A DNA stretch of 64,000 bases from Candidatus Omnitrophota bacterium (lineage in GTDB: Bacteria > Omnitrophota > Gorgyraeia > Gygaellales > JAQTUX01): the NCBI GenBank assembly GCA_028707125.1, contig JAQTUX010000001.1:822528-886527 (forward strand), in the 5' to 3' direction. This document shows, in pieces, positions 32,888-42,834 of the stretch; positions within the stretch are counted from its first letter, which is position 1, and each line of letters opens with the position of its first letter. The notes under the pieces are model-generated. The model had not been told where the DNA came from. It ran no database searches and saw only the letters and a program-made list of their open reading frames with translations. A program made the position numbers and the translations under genes.

Positions 32888-33827
32888 GAGTTTTCTGGTC
32901 AGCGCCCACGTAAATCTTGAAGGCGACGCCATAGGCTCGGAACTGGCGCTCGCGCACCTGCTTAAATTAAAGGGTAAATCCGTGGCCGTGGTGAATGATT
33001 CAAGGGTCCCTGCCGAGTATTCTTTTATGCCGGCCCAGGAGTATCTGGCGGGGCTTAACGAGGTGGAAAGGCAGGGGCGAAGATTTGATGCCGCTATCCT
33101 GGTCGATTGTTCCGATATGGGCAGGATAGGCGCGGTCAAGGCTCTCGCGGAAAGATCCCGGACGATAATAAATATAGACCATCACATCAGCAATGCCAGG
33201 TTCGCGGATATAAACTGGGTCGTTCCTCACGCCTCTTCCGCGTCCGAGTTGATCTTTAAATTGTATAAGGCGGAGAAGGCCCGTTTTGATAAGACGTCGG
33301 CATTACTGTTATATGTGGGGCTGCTTACCGATACGGGTTCGTTCCGTTATTCAAACACAAGCCCGTCAACTCACAGGATGGCCGCGGAACTGCTGAAGTT
33401 CGGGATAAACGCCCGGGATATTTATTCTTTGATCTACGAGGCAAACCCCTATTCAGATATGATGGCGCTTGCCCGCGCGTTTACACAGTTAAAACGGGAT
33501 GCCGGAGGCAGGGTGATATGGGCCAAGCTAAAGAGGGATTTTTTCACTAAAAGAAAGATCAAGATCGACGTAAGCGATCAGATACTCGGTTTCGCCCGTT
33601 CAGTAAAAGGCGTTGAAGTGGCCGTTATTTTTAAGGAGAATCTGGGGGATAGGCGTGAGGTCAGGGTCAATTTCAGGTCCGCGGGCAAAGTGGATGTTGC
33701 CGGGATAGCCGCGTCTTTAGGGGGCGGAGGCCACAGGACCGCGGCCGGCTGCACCGTATCCGGAAACATAGACAATATACAGAAGAAGGTATTGGGCATG
33801 ATAAGGGAGGCGATAAGAAAAATATGA
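32847..33827 (+). CDS. nrnA: DHH/DHHA1 phosphoesterase NrnA-like (nanoRNase/pAp phosphatase)
   Basis: DHH motif INIDHHISN, GGGH motif in DHHA1 (GGGGHRTAAG). Confidence 0.8.
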   Translation: MSLKRVREAIEKNKSFLVSAHVNLEGDAIGSELALAHLLKLKGKSVAVVNDSRVPAEYSFMPAQEYLAGLNEVERQGRRFDAAILVDCSDMGRIGAVKALAERSRTIINIDHHISNARFADINWVVPHASSASELIFKLYKAEKARFDKTSALLLYVGLLTDTGSFRYSNTSPSTHRMAAELLKFGINARDIYSLIYEANPYSDMMALARAFTQLKRDAGGRVIWAKLKRDFFTKRKIKIDVSDQILGFARSVKGVEVAVIFKENLGDRREVRVNFRSAGKVDVAGIAASLGGGGHRTAAGCTVSGNIDNIQKKVLGMIREAIRKI

Positions 33828-34495
33828 TCCGCAAGGACGGAATAATAATAATAGATAAGCCCGCGGGGCTTAGTTCCCACGATGTGGTGCTTCAGGTAAG
33901 GCGCAGGCTTAAGGTAAAAAAAGTGGGGCACGCCGGTACTCTTGACCCTATGGCGACAGGCGTGCTTGTGGTATTCGTCGGTTCAGCCACCAAGTTATTC
34001 GGCAGCTTCTCATCAATGGATAAGGAATACGCCGCCACGTTCAGGCTGGGAAAGGCGACCGATACAGGCGACCTTCAAGGCAAGGTAATAAAAGAGATGC
34101 CTTACGCTCATATAACCGAAGGCCGGGTAAGGGAGGTCTTTAAGCTTTTCACGGGCGATATTGAGCAGGTGCCTCCGATGACTTCGGCCTTAAAACATAA
34201 AGGCAGCCGGCTTTATGAGCTTGCCAGAAAAGGCATTTCCGTTGAGCGCGCGCCCAGGAAGCTGAAGATATATGATCTTGAACTGAAGAATTTCAATCCC
34301 CCTGACGTAGAGTTTTATCTGAAGTGTTCAAAGGGGACATATGTAAGAAAGCTCGCTGAGGATATAGCTGAGGCGTTATCCTGCTGCGCGTATATTTCTC
34401 AGATAAGGCGCCTTTCCGTGGGCGGTTTCACATTAGACAAGGCAGTGAAACTTGACGATGTAAATGAAGGCCATATATTATACTGGAAGAATTAG
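33824..34495 (+). CDS. truB: tRNA pseudouridine(55) synthase
   Basis: HAGTLDP catalytic Asp motif. Confidence 0.9.
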   Translation: MIRKDGIIIIDKPAGLSSHDVVLQVRRRLKVKKVGHAGTLDPMATGVLVVFVGSATKLFGSFSSMDKEYAATFRLGKATDTGDLQGKVIKEMPYAHITEGRVREVFKLFTGDIEQVPPMTSALKHKGSRLYELARKGISVERAPRKLKIYDLELKNFNPPDVEFYLKCSKGTYVRKLAEDIAEALSCCAYISQIRRLSVGGFTLDKAVKLDDVNEGHILYWKN

Positions 34496-35366
34496 CCCGC
34501 GGATCAAGGGCGCAGTTATTGCCATAGGTATCTTTGACGGTATGCACATCGGCCACAGCGCGCTGCTGGACAAGGCGGTGGGCAGGGCCAGGCGCCTTAA
34601 AATAAAAAGCGCGGCGGTCACATTTTGGCCGCATCCGGCTAAGACGCCGGTGATCTGTTCGCTGCATAAACGGCTGGCGCTTATGCGCCGGAGAGGCCTG
34701 GATTATTGCCTCATCCTTCCATTTACAAAGATGTTCTCGCGTATCCCCCCGCGCAAATTTATAAATGATATGATCGTGAAGAAGCTCTCTCCCCGGTATT
34801 TATTTGTGGGCTCAAACTTTACCTTTGGTAAAGACGCGCAGGGCGATGTGCGGCTCCTCAAGGAGTTCTCCCGTAATTTCAACTTCTCCGTGGAAGAGGT
34901 AAAATTGAAAGAGCTCGGCGGAAAGGCCGTAAGCAGCACAGCGATAAGGCGCCTGATAATTAAAGGCCGCCTGCGCCGGGCGGCCAGGTTATTGGGCAGG
35001 GATTTTACCATAGAAGGAGATGTGATAAGTTCCAAGAAACTCGGCAGGCACCTGGGTTATCCGACGATAAACGTTGATTACGGCAACGAAGTGCTCCCCC
35101 CCGACGGCATATACGCGGCCCGGATCCTTATCGGCACGGGCCTTTATAAAGGCGTCTGCTATATCGGCAGGAGGCCTACTATTGAAAAGGGGATGAGGCG
35201 TTCAGTCGAGGTCCATATTTTTGATTTCGCTCAAGATGTATACGGCAGGTATGTTGAAATAAGCCTGCTCAAGTTCCTCAGAAAAGACGCCAAATTCAAT
35301 ACCCTCCATGATTTAACCCGCCAGATATCCCGCGATATAAAAGCGTCCAGGAAGTACCTCTCTTAA
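34464..35366 (+). CDS. ribF: Bifunctional riboflavin kinase / FMN adenylyltransferase
   Basis: GxFDGxHxGH nucleotidyltransferase motif and C-terminal riboflavin kinase domain. Confidence 0.9.
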   Translation: MKAIYYTGRISPRIKGAVIAIGIFDGMHIGHSALLDKAVGRARRLKIKSAAVTFWPHPAKTPVICSLHKRLALMRRRGLDYCLILPFTKMFSRIPPRKFINDMIVKKLSPRYLFVGSNFTFGKDAQGDVRLLKEFSRNFNFSVEEVKLKELGGKAVSSTAIRRLIIKGRLRRAARLLGRDFTIEGDVISSKKLGRHLGYPTINVDYGNEVLPPDGIYAARILIGTGLYKGVCYIGRRPTIEKGMRRSVEVHIFDFAQDVYGRYVEISLLKFLRKDAKFNTLHDLTRQISRDIKASRKYLS

Positions 35367-35399
35367 TTTCCGCGCCTTAAAATAAACACACTTTTTTTC

Positions 35400-35428
35400 T
35401 TGACAAAGTGGCACGCCCGCACTATACT
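35400..35428 (+). promoter_or_regulatory. Consensus sigma70-like promoter of dcw cluster (TTGACA-17-TATACT)
   Basis: Read directly; followed by MraZ operator repeats. Confidence 0.6.
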
Positions 35429-35439
35429 CCTACTATGTT

Positions 35440-35465
35440 GTGGAGCAAAGTGGTATAAAGTGGAG
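35440..35465 (+). promoter_or_regulatory. Putative MraZ operator: three GTGG(A/T) direct repeats at exact 10-bp spacing
   Basis: GTGGAGCAAA GTGGTATAAA GTGGAG read directly, between promoter and mraZ start. Confidence 0.55.
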
Positions 35466-35471
35466 TAGGCT

Positions 35472-35912
35472 ATGTTTTACGGTGAACACCAGCATTCAAT
35501 AGACAATAAAGGAAGGCTTGTCCTGCCGTCCCGTTTTCGCGAGACAGCCAAGGCCCATTTCATAGAGAAATTTTTTATAACCAGGGGCCTTGATAAGTGC
35601 TTGTTCATGTTCTCCGAAGACGAGTGGCGCACGCAGGAGGCAAAATTCAAATCAATATCTTTTACCAAGCAGCAGGCGCGCGTATTTAACAGGATCTATT
35701 TCTCAGGGGCGGTAGAGGCCTCTTTTGACAAGCAGGGGAGGATGCTCATACCCCAATATCTTAAGAACTACGCGGGGATAAAGCGCGATGTGGTCCTGGT
35801 CGGTGTATCCAACAGGATCGAGATATGGTCTAAGGACGCCTGGCAGAAGTTTTACGCGGATTACCAGCCTTCTTTTGAACAGATAGCAGAGCAGATATTG
35901 GAAACGGAATAA
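35472..35912 (+). CDS. mraZ: Transcriptional regulator MraZ
   Basis: Tandem MraZ/SpoVT-AbrB repeats, DxxGR motifs. Confidence 0.9.
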   Translation: MFYGEHQHSIDNKGRLVLPSRFRETAKAHFIEKFFITRGLDKCLFMFSEDEWRTQEAKFKSISFTKQQARVFNRIYFSGAVEASFDKQGRMLIPQYLKNYAGIKRDVVLVGVSNRIEIWSKDAWQKFYADYQPSFEQIAEQILETE

Positions 35913-35916
35913 TAGT

Positions 35917-36810
35917 GTGGAAAAATATGAACATAAACCGGTCATGTATAAAGAAGCCATAGAATACCTTGATCCAAAGCCCGGAGATATCATAATAGAC
36001 GCCACTGTCGGTTTGGGGGGTCATACTGAAGAACTGATAAAGAGGGTGCGCCCCGGAGGTCGGGTCATCGGCATAGACAGGGACGAGGAGTCCCTGTCTT
36101 ATGCCGGGGACCGGCTCAAGGATTACGCCGATTCCCTGCTTCTGGTGCACGGAGACTTCAGGCAGATCGACGAGATAATGCGCAAGCTCGGCATAGATAA
36201 GGTTGACGGGATATTATACGATTTTGGATTGTCTTCCTTTCAGATCCAGGACGCCAAAAGGGGTTTTAGTTTTAACAGAGAGGGGCCGTTGGATATGAGA
36301 ATGGACAGGAACAGCTACATTTCGGCCTATGACCTTGTGAATAATCTGACTGAAAGCGAGATATCAAACATACTGAAACTTTACGGGCAGGAAAGGTGGC
36401 ATAACCGCATCGCCCGTTTTGTGGTCCAGGAGCGTTCGCGTTCGCCGATATCCACCACGACGCAGCTTTCAAACATAGTATTGAGGTCCATGCCTTATCA
36501 TAGAGGGCACTGGCACATACATCCGGCAACGCGCACATTTATGGCGCTGCGTATCGCCGTGAACCGGGAACTGGAGGCGATAGATTCCTCTCTTATTAAA
36601 TCAGCGGATCTTCTCAACAAGGGGGGCAGGATATGCGCCATCAGTTTTCATTCGCTTGAGGACAGGATAGTGAAGAATAATTTCAAGAAACTCGCCAAGG
36701 AAGGCCGGCTGAAGATAGTGACCGCCAAACCGCTGAGGCCGTCATTCCTGGAGATCAGGGAAAACCGCAGGGCGCGCAGCGCCAAATTCAGGGTAGCAGA
36801 AAGGGCCTAA
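35917..36810 (+). CDS. rsmH: 16S rRNA (cytosine1402-N4)-methyltransferase
   Basis: SAM-binding DATxGxGGH and conserved RsmH core. Confidence 0.9.
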   Translation: MEKYEHKPVMYKEAIEYLDPKPGDIIIDATVGLGGHTEELIKRVRPGGRVIGIDRDEESLSYAGDRLKDYADSLLLVHGDFRQIDEIMRKLGIDKVDGILYDFGLSSFQIQDAKRGFSFNREGPLDMRMDRNSYISAYDLVNNLTESEISNILKLYGQERWHNRIARFVVQERSRSPISTTTQLSNIVLRSMPYHRGHWHIHPATRTFMALRIAVNRELEAIDSSLIKSADLLNKGGRICAISFHSLEDRIVKNNFKKLAKEGRLKIVTAKPLRPSFLEIRENRRARSAKFRVAERA

Positions 36811-37176
36811 ATGGTAAAAAGATTCCTTATATGCGCAGTTATAACCACGACCACAGCGTTGCTTTATGTCTATCAGCACACAGAGATATTCAAGCTCGCC
36901 TATCTGGCGCAGAAAAGATCCGCGCGCTATCAAGAACTTCTTGATAAGAATACGCACCTGAGATATAATAACAGATGTGTATCTTCTTTGTCTAATATCG
37001 GCAGCAGGATGATGAACGAAAGGGAATTTGAGATCCCTGTTTCCGAGCAGATGGTAAGGGTAAACCTTCCCGGCAGCAAAGAGGGCTCTCTGCAAGAGGC
37101 GCGGGCGCGGACAAGCCTGTTGAGCCTTTTGAACATCAGATTGCGGCAGGCAGAGGCCAAGACAATAGGAAGGTAG
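36811..37176 (+). CDS. ftsL: Putative cell division protein FtsL
   Basis: Small bitopic protein (N-terminal TM, coiled-coil) in the canonical rsmH-ftsL-ftsI slot; no strong sequence signature. Confidence 0.5.
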   Translation: MVKRFLICAVITTTTALLYVYQHTEIFKLAYLAQKRSARYQELLDKNTHLRYNNRCVSSLSNIGSRMMNEREFEIPVSEQMVRVNLPGSKEGSLQEARARTSLLSLLNIRLRQAEAKTIGR

Positions 37177-37237
37177 CCTGAGCAGATTCGATTGACTCCA
37201 GCCACATTTTAGATAGATCCACAATCTGATTTCAAAG

Positions 37238-38944
37238 GTGCGCATTAAAAGCTCCATTCCCCGCTTTTATATATTATTCGTTGTAAGCTCCGTTTTTATT
37301 TTACTGGTTTCATTCCGCCTTATCTACATTCAATTCTTTAAATCCTCCTACCTTAATTCCCTTGCCGGGAAGCAGCACAATCTTTATGTTGAAATCGAGC
37401 CGCAGAGGGGCCGCATATTTGACAGGAATATGCGCCTTGAAGCGGTGAATATGCCGATTGAATCCCTGTATGCCTCTCCCGATGATATAGAAAACAAGGG
37501 CGAGGCAGCGGCGGTCATCGCGAAGTACGCGGGTTTGGACTACGGATTTGTCAAGGGCAGGCTGGACAGGCGCAAACAGTTTGTCTGGATCGCCAGGAAG
37601 CTCTCTCCGGAAATATCCGATAAGATCGAAGGCCTTAATATCAAGGGGCTGGGTTTTATCAGGGAAAGCAAGCGCAGCTATCCCAACGGCCGCCTGGGAG
37701 CTCACATAATAGGGTTTGCCGGCCTGGATAACACGGGGCTTGAAGGGATAGAGCTGGTATATGATAAATATTTAAAGGGCGAAAGCGGCTGGGCGTATGT
37801 GCTGAGGGATGCCCGCCAGAAACAGCTATCCATCCAGGACAGGATAACCCCTTCCAAAGACGGTTTTGATGTAGTGCTGACCATAGATGAAGTCATTCAG
37901 TTCATCGCTGAGACCGAATTGGAAAAGGCCTGCAAGGCGCATAACGCCAGGGGCGGCAGCATTGTAGTCATGGACCCCGCGACCGGCGAGATACTGGCGA
38001 TGGCGAGCATTCCGGGATTTAACCCGGATTCTGTCTTGAAGAGAAACCCGGACGCGGTGCGCAACCGCGCGGTATGCGATCTATTGGAGCCGGGTTCGGT
38101 GTTCAAGATCGTAGCCGCCTCTGCCGCCCTGGAAGAGGGCTTCTGGAACGAAAGCGATAGAATATTCTGCGAGAACGGCAGTTACCGCGTTGCCAATCAT
38201 ACGCTCCATGACCACAGGCCGCACGGAGACCTTAGCTTTAGAGAGGTAGTTGAACAGTCCAGCAATATAGGCGTGACCAAGATCGCCCAGAAGATGGGGG
38301 CCGATGTCATATATAAGTACGCTAAACTCTTCGGTTTCGGCAGCGCGACGGCGGTCGATCTGTCGGGCGAGATAAACGGGATGTTGAAAAAGCCCTCGGA
38401 GTGGTCCAAGACCTCCATAGGCGCGGTGCCTATCGGGCAGGAAGTAGGCGTTACCACTATTCAGCTTGCCTGCGCGATCTCCGTGATCGCCAACGGCGGA
38501 AAACTTATGCGCCCCTACGTGGTTAAGAGGATACAGGATAAATTTGATGAAGCGATAAAGGAGTATTCTCCGCTGTTCAAGAGGCAGGTGATTTCCGAAC
38601 CGACATCTCTGAGGATGAGAAGGATATTGCAGGGAGTCGTGGAGCAGGGCACGGCAAAAATGGCCGTCTCCGATAAATTTACCATGGCGGGCAAGACCGG
38701 CACAGGCCAAAAGGTAGAGAAAGACGGCCGGTATTCGCACAGCAAATTCATAGCTTCATTCGTGGGGTTTGCCCCGGCTGAAAACCCGCGGCTTGCCATA
38801 GCGGTAGTCGTTGATGAACCGCACCCTTATTATTTCGGAGGGGTCGTATCCGCCCCTGTGTTTAAAAAGGTCGCGGAGGAATCGTTAAAGTACCTTGGAG
38901 TTCCGGCAGATAAGCTGCATATGGCAGCGCAGAAGGCCAGATGA
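37238..38944 (+). CDS. ftsI: Peptidoglycan D,D-transpeptidase FtsI (PBP3)
   Basis: N-terminal TM, dimerisation domain, transpeptidase motifs SxxK (SVFK), SxN, KTGT. Confidence 0.9.
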   Translation: MRIKSSIPRFYILFVVSSVFILLVSFRLIYIQFFKSSYLNSLAGKQHNLYVEIEPQRGRIFDRNMRLEAVNMPIESLYASPDDIENKGEAAAVIAKYAGLDYGFVKGRLDRRKQFVWIARKLSPEISDKIEGLNIKGLGFIRESKRSYPNGRLGAHIIGFAGLDNTGLEGIELVYDKYLKGESGWAYVLRDARQKQLSIQDRITPSKDGFDVVLTIDEVIQFIAETELEKACKAHNARGGSIVVMDPATGEILAMASIPGFNPDSVLKRNPDAVRNRAVCDLLEPGSVFKIVAASAALEEGFWNESDRIFCENGSYRVANHTLHDHRPHGDLSFREVVEQSSNIGVTKIAQKMGADVIYKYAKLFGFGSATAVDLSGEINGMLKKPSEWSKTSIGAVPIGQEVGVTTIQLACAISVIANGGKLMRPYVVKRIQDKFDEAIKEYSPLFKRQVISEPTSLRMRRILQGVVEQGTAKMAVSDKFTMAGKTGTGQKVEKDGRYSHSKFIASFVGFAPAENPRLAIAVVVDEPHPYYFGGVVSAPVFKKVAEESLKYLGVPADKLHMAAQKAR

Positions 38945-40407
38945 AATTAAGAGATGTGGTAGCCAACCTGGGTATTGACAGCCAACTGGGGGCATTCGCG
39001 GATATTGAGATCAAAGGCGTATCCCGCGATTCCAGGGAGGTATCTTCCGATTTTATATTCATAGCGGTTGACGGCTTCAGGCAGGACGGCAGGGCATTTA
39101 TAGATGAGGCGATAAGAAGGGGGGCAAGGGCGATAGTTTCCAAATGCGGAGCGCTGCCTGGGCGCGGCAATATCTGTTTTCTTAATGTGGCGGATGACAG
39201 GAAGGCGGAGGCGGTCATAGCGTCCAATTTTTATTCCCATCCTTCCAGGAAGATAAAATTGACAGGGATCACCGGCACCGACGGAAAGACGACCACCTCA
39301 TATTTAACGGAGGCAATATTCAACAAGGGGGGGTTCAAGACAGGCGTGATCGGCACGGTTGAATACAGGTATGGCGGCAAAAGGATGGAAGCGGCGAACA
39401 CTACTCCGGGAGCGGTTAAATTACAGGCTTTATTGAGCTCAATGTTGAAGGCGGGCATTGACTACGCTGTCATGGAGGTATCTTCCCACGCCCTGGAACA
39501 GGCAAGAACGGACGGCCTGCTGTTTAAAAGCGCCGTATTCACCAACCTTAGCCCCGAACACCTGGATTACCATAAGACGATGGAGGCATATTTTCAGGCA
39601 AAGTCGCGTTTATTCCAGGGCCTGGGCGCTGGTTCCCGCGCGATAATCAACAAGGATTCTCCGTACGCCGATAAACTTTTGGGTATCTGTAAAGCCGATA
39701 CCCTGACCTACGGCATTGGGCCGGCGGCTTGCGTGCGGGCGGATGATATAGCGCTTGGCGACACAGGAAGCAGTTTTATAATGCGTACAAGCGGCGCTTC
39801 TGTTAAAATAAGCACATCGCTTATAGGCAGGCACAATATCTACAATATCCTCGCGGCTGCCTGCGTAGGCATCAGCGAGGGAATAGATTTGGAAACGATA
39901 GCCGAGGGGGTCAAGCAGCTTGTTTTTGTGCCGGGGCGGCTGGAGGCTGTAGACCGCGGACAGGATTTCCGCGTTTTTGTTGATTATGCCCATACTGATC
40001 AGGCGCTCCAGAACGTATTAAGCGCCCTGAGGCAGTGCTCGCGCCGCAGGATCATCACGGTATTCGGCTGCGGCGGAGGCAGGGATAAGCTTAAGCGCCC
40101 GCGAATGGGCAGGGTCGCTGCCGAGATGTCGGACCTCTGTTTCATTACATCGGATAACCCCCGCGATGAAGAGCCGCTTGATATAATCAAGGATATCCTG
40201 TCCGGCATCAGCAAGAATAACTTTAAGGTCGTGGCTGACAGAGGACAGGCGATCTGTGAGGCAGTGGCGGAGGCGGATACCGCGGACGTGGTCTTGATCT
40301 GCGGCAAGGGCCATGAGGATTACCAGATATACGGCAAGAAAAAGATCAGGTTCAGCGACAGGGAGGCAGTAGAGGAATGCCTGCGGCATTTACCGTTGAA
40401 GAAATAA
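38941..40407 (+). CDS. murE: UDP-N-acetylmuramoyl-L-alanyl-D-glutamate--2,6-diaminopimelate ligase
   Basis: Mur ligase P-loop GITGTDGKTT and DNPR motif. Confidence 0.9.
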   Translation: MKLRDVVANLGIDSQLGAFADIEIKGVSRDSREVSSDFIFIAVDGFRQDGRAFIDEAIRRGARAIVSKCGALPGRGNICFLNVADDRKAEAVIASNFYSHPSRKIKLTGITGTDGKTTTSYLTEAIFNKGGFKTGVIGTVEYRYGGKRMEAANTTPGAVKLQALLSSMLKAGIDYAVMEVSSHALEQARTDGLLFKSAVFTNLSPEHLDYHKTMEAYFQAKSRLFQGLGAGSRAIINKDSPYADKLLGICKADTLTYGIGPAACVRADDIALGDTGSSFIMRTSGASVKISTSLIGRHNIYNILAAACVGISEGIDLETIAEGVKQLVFVPGRLEAVDRGQDFRVFVDYAHTDQALQNVLSALRQCSRRRIITVFGCGGGRDKLKRPRMGRVAAEMSDLCFITSDNPRDEEPLDIIKDILSGISKNNFKVVADRGQAICEAVAEADTADVVLICGKGHEDYQIYGKKKIRFSDREAVEECLRHLPLKK

Positions 40408-41741
40408 TCCGGGCAACAGGGGCGCGGCTGGTTTCAGGCGGCTTCAACCGCCTGATCAAAGGCGTTTCCATTGATTCCAGAAAGCTCAAGGCGGGTGAGG
40501 CGTTTATCGCCATTAAGGGCGAGCGCTTTGACGGCCATTCATTTATAGGCGGCGTCTTAGAAAAACATCCCGCCGCCGTTATAGTGGAAAAAGAGGGCGC
40601 GGCCGTTTGCATACCGAAAGATATCTGCCTTTTGCGGGTGCCTGATACAAGGCGGGCGTTGGGCGATATAGCGGCATTCCACAGGAACAGATTTAATATC
40701 CCGGTCATAGCGGTCACCGGTTCAGCCGGTAAGACAACGGCAAAAGAGATGGCGGCGCACATCCTTTCTGCCAGGTTCAAGGTACTGAAGAATGAAGGCA
40801 CGGAAAACAACCATATAGGCGTGCCTTTGACGCTGCTTCGGCTTAATAAGAGCCACCAGGCAGCGGTGATTGAGCTGGGGACAAACCATTTCGGGGAGAT
40901 AGAAGAGTTATCAAGGATATCCTCGCCGAATGTAGGCATAATTATAAATATCGGGCCCGCGCATCTTGAGTATCTCGGAGACCTGTCCGGCGTGCTGAAA
41001 GAGAAGGCGTCTCTTATAAAGAATTTAAGGCATCCTGCTGTCGCGGTGCTGAATTCAGACGATCCGATGTTAAGGAAGATAGCCCCTGCCAGAGGGGCCC
41101 GCGTATTTAGTTTCGGGGCCAACGCGGCCGCGGATATGGCGGCGTCGGAGATCTCCTTGAAGGCGGATAAATTAAGGTTCAGGGTAAATTCGCGATGCGG
41201 CATAAAACTTGGCACCCTCGGCAGGCATAATGTATATAACGCGCTGGCAGCCATCACGGCCGCGCGGATCCTGGGGATGGGTTACGCGGCCATAAAACAG
41301 CGGCTGGCGAGTTTCAAGTTTCCTTCGGGCAGGCTTAATCTTCTAAAGCGCGGGGATTTTTTTCTTATAGATGATTCTTACAACTCTAATCCCTTGAGCC
41401 TGGAAAAGGCGCTTTCAGCCTTATCGGGTTTTACCGCCGCCGGAAGGAAGATCCTGGTTATGGGAGATATGCTTGAACTGGGCGAGGACAGGGAACATAT
41501 ACACAGGTCGCTTTGCGAAAAGATCAAAGGCGCCTGCGATGTGTTCATTTCCGTGGGAGACCTGTCAGGGCTGGTCGCCGAAGAGCTGAAAAAAGACGAT
41601 TTTAATTGTGAGTCCATATTCATATGCGGTTCATCAAAGGATGCCAGGGACATCCTGTTTGAGTCGGTGAGGCCGAAGGCCGATGATGTGGTCCTGATCA
41701 AGGGGTCTCGCCGGATGAGATTGGAAGATATCTTAACCTGA
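40377..41741 (+). CDS. murF: UDP-N-acetylmuramoyl-tripeptide--D-alanyl-D-alanine ligase
   Basis: Mur ligase P-loop GSAGKTT, three-domain architecture. Confidence 0.9.
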   Translation: MPAAFTVEEIIRATGARLVSGGFNRLIKGVSIDSRKLKAGEAFIAIKGERFDGHSFIGGVLEKHPAAVIVEKEGAAVCIPKDICLLRVPDTRRALGDIAAFHRNRFNIPVIAVTGSAGKTTAKEMAAHILSARFKVLKNEGTENNHIGVPLTLLRLNKSHQAAVIELGTNHFGEIEELSRISSPNVGIIINIGPAHLEYLGDLSGVLKEKASLIKNLRHPAVAVLNSDDPMLRKIAPARGARVFSFGANAAADMAASEISLKADKLRFRVNSRCGIKLGTLGRHNVYNALAAITAARILGMGYAAIKQRLASFKFPSGRLNLLKRGDFFLIDDSYNSNPLSLEKALSALSGFTAAGRKILVMGDMLELGEDREHIHRSLCEKIKGACDVFISVGDLSGLVAEELKKDDFNCESIFICGSSKDARDILFESVRPKADDVVLIKGSRRMRLEDILT

Positions 41742-41748
41742 TCATATT

Positions 41749-42834
41749 ATGTTTTACTACCTGGCGCATTCGCTTCGCGATCTATTCTTCGGATTTAACG
41801 TCTTCCGTTACATATCATTCCGTTCCATCGCCGCCGCGATATGCGCCTTCCTTGTATGCGTTATATTCGGGCCGGCCGTTATAAAGCGGCTGACTAAATT
41901 CAACTGCCTGGAAAACGTGGATAACGCCCATTGCCCTCAACTTAATGCCTTTCACGAAGGCAAGAAAAACACTCCCGGGATGGGCGGCATACTGATCGTG
42001 TCTTCAATACTGATAACCAATCTTTTATGGTCGGATATCTTTAACAAGTACATCATCCTTTGCCTGTTGAGCCTCGTGTATCTGGGTATTGTCGGTTTCA
42101 TTGACGATTATATAAAGATAATAAAAAGGGACAAGAACGGCCTTTCGGGCAGAGTCAAGCTGGCGTTCCAGATCGTTCTCGGGCTGGGTGTGGGCCTGGC
42201 GTTGTTCATTGAACCGGGAAGGACTGTCATGGATGTGCCGTTACTAAAAGGCCCCATATTGGACCTGGGGGTCTTTTATGTCCTGTTCGCTATATTGGTC
42301 ATAAGCGGCACTTCCAACGCAGTTAATATAGCCGACGGCCTGGACGGCCTGGCAGCCGGAAGTATGATCATGGTTGCCGCGGCATACGGCATACTGAGTT
42401 ATGTCACAGGCCACGCCAGGATCAGCGAATATCTGCTTATCCCTTTTGTGCCGGGAGCCGGTGAACTGACGGTGTTCTGCTCCAGCGTTTTCGGGGCTGT
42501 GCTGGGTTTTCTCTGGTTTAACTGTTATCCTGCGGCAGTATTTATGGGCGACGTGGGCTCGCTTTCCCTGGGCGGCGCGTTGGGCGTGGTGGCGCTGTCC
42601 ATAAAGAAGGAGCTGTTGCTTGTAATAGTGGGCGGGATATTCGTGGTAGAGATCGTCTCGGTTATTTTACAGGTGGCTTCTTTTAAACTGAGAGGCAAGC
42701 GGCTGTTTAAGGTAGCGCCGCTTCATCATCACTTGCAGATGATCGGCTGGAAGGAGCCGAAGATAATCACCAGGTTCTGGATAGTTTCCATTATGTTGGC
42801 CCTCCTTACGCTGCTGACGTTAAAATTAAGATGA
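41749..42834 (+). CDS. mraY: Phospho-N-acetylmuramoyl-pentapeptide transferase
   Basis: Polytopic membrane protein with NAxNxxDGxDGL motif. Confidence 0.95.
   Translation: MFYYLAHSLRDLFFGFNVFRYISFRSIAAAICAFLVCVIFGPAVIKRLTKFNCLENVDNAHCPQLNAFHEGKKNTPGMGGILIVSSILITNLLWSDIFNKYIILCLLSLVYLGIVGFIDDYIKIIKRDKNGLSGRVKLAFQIVLGLGVGLALFIEPGRTVMDVPLLKGPILDLGVFYVLFAILVISGTSNAVNIADGLDGLAAGSMIMVAAAYGILSYVTGHARISEYLLIPFVPGAGELTVFCSSVFGAVLGFLWFNCYPAAVFMGDVGSLSLGGALGVVALSIKKELLLVIVGGIFVVEIVSVILQVASFKLRGKRLFKVAPLHHHLQMIGWKEPKIITRFWIVSIMLALLTLLTLKLR

Noticed and set aside
40352-41257. 301-aa minus-strand ORF
   Set aside because: Antisense to murF
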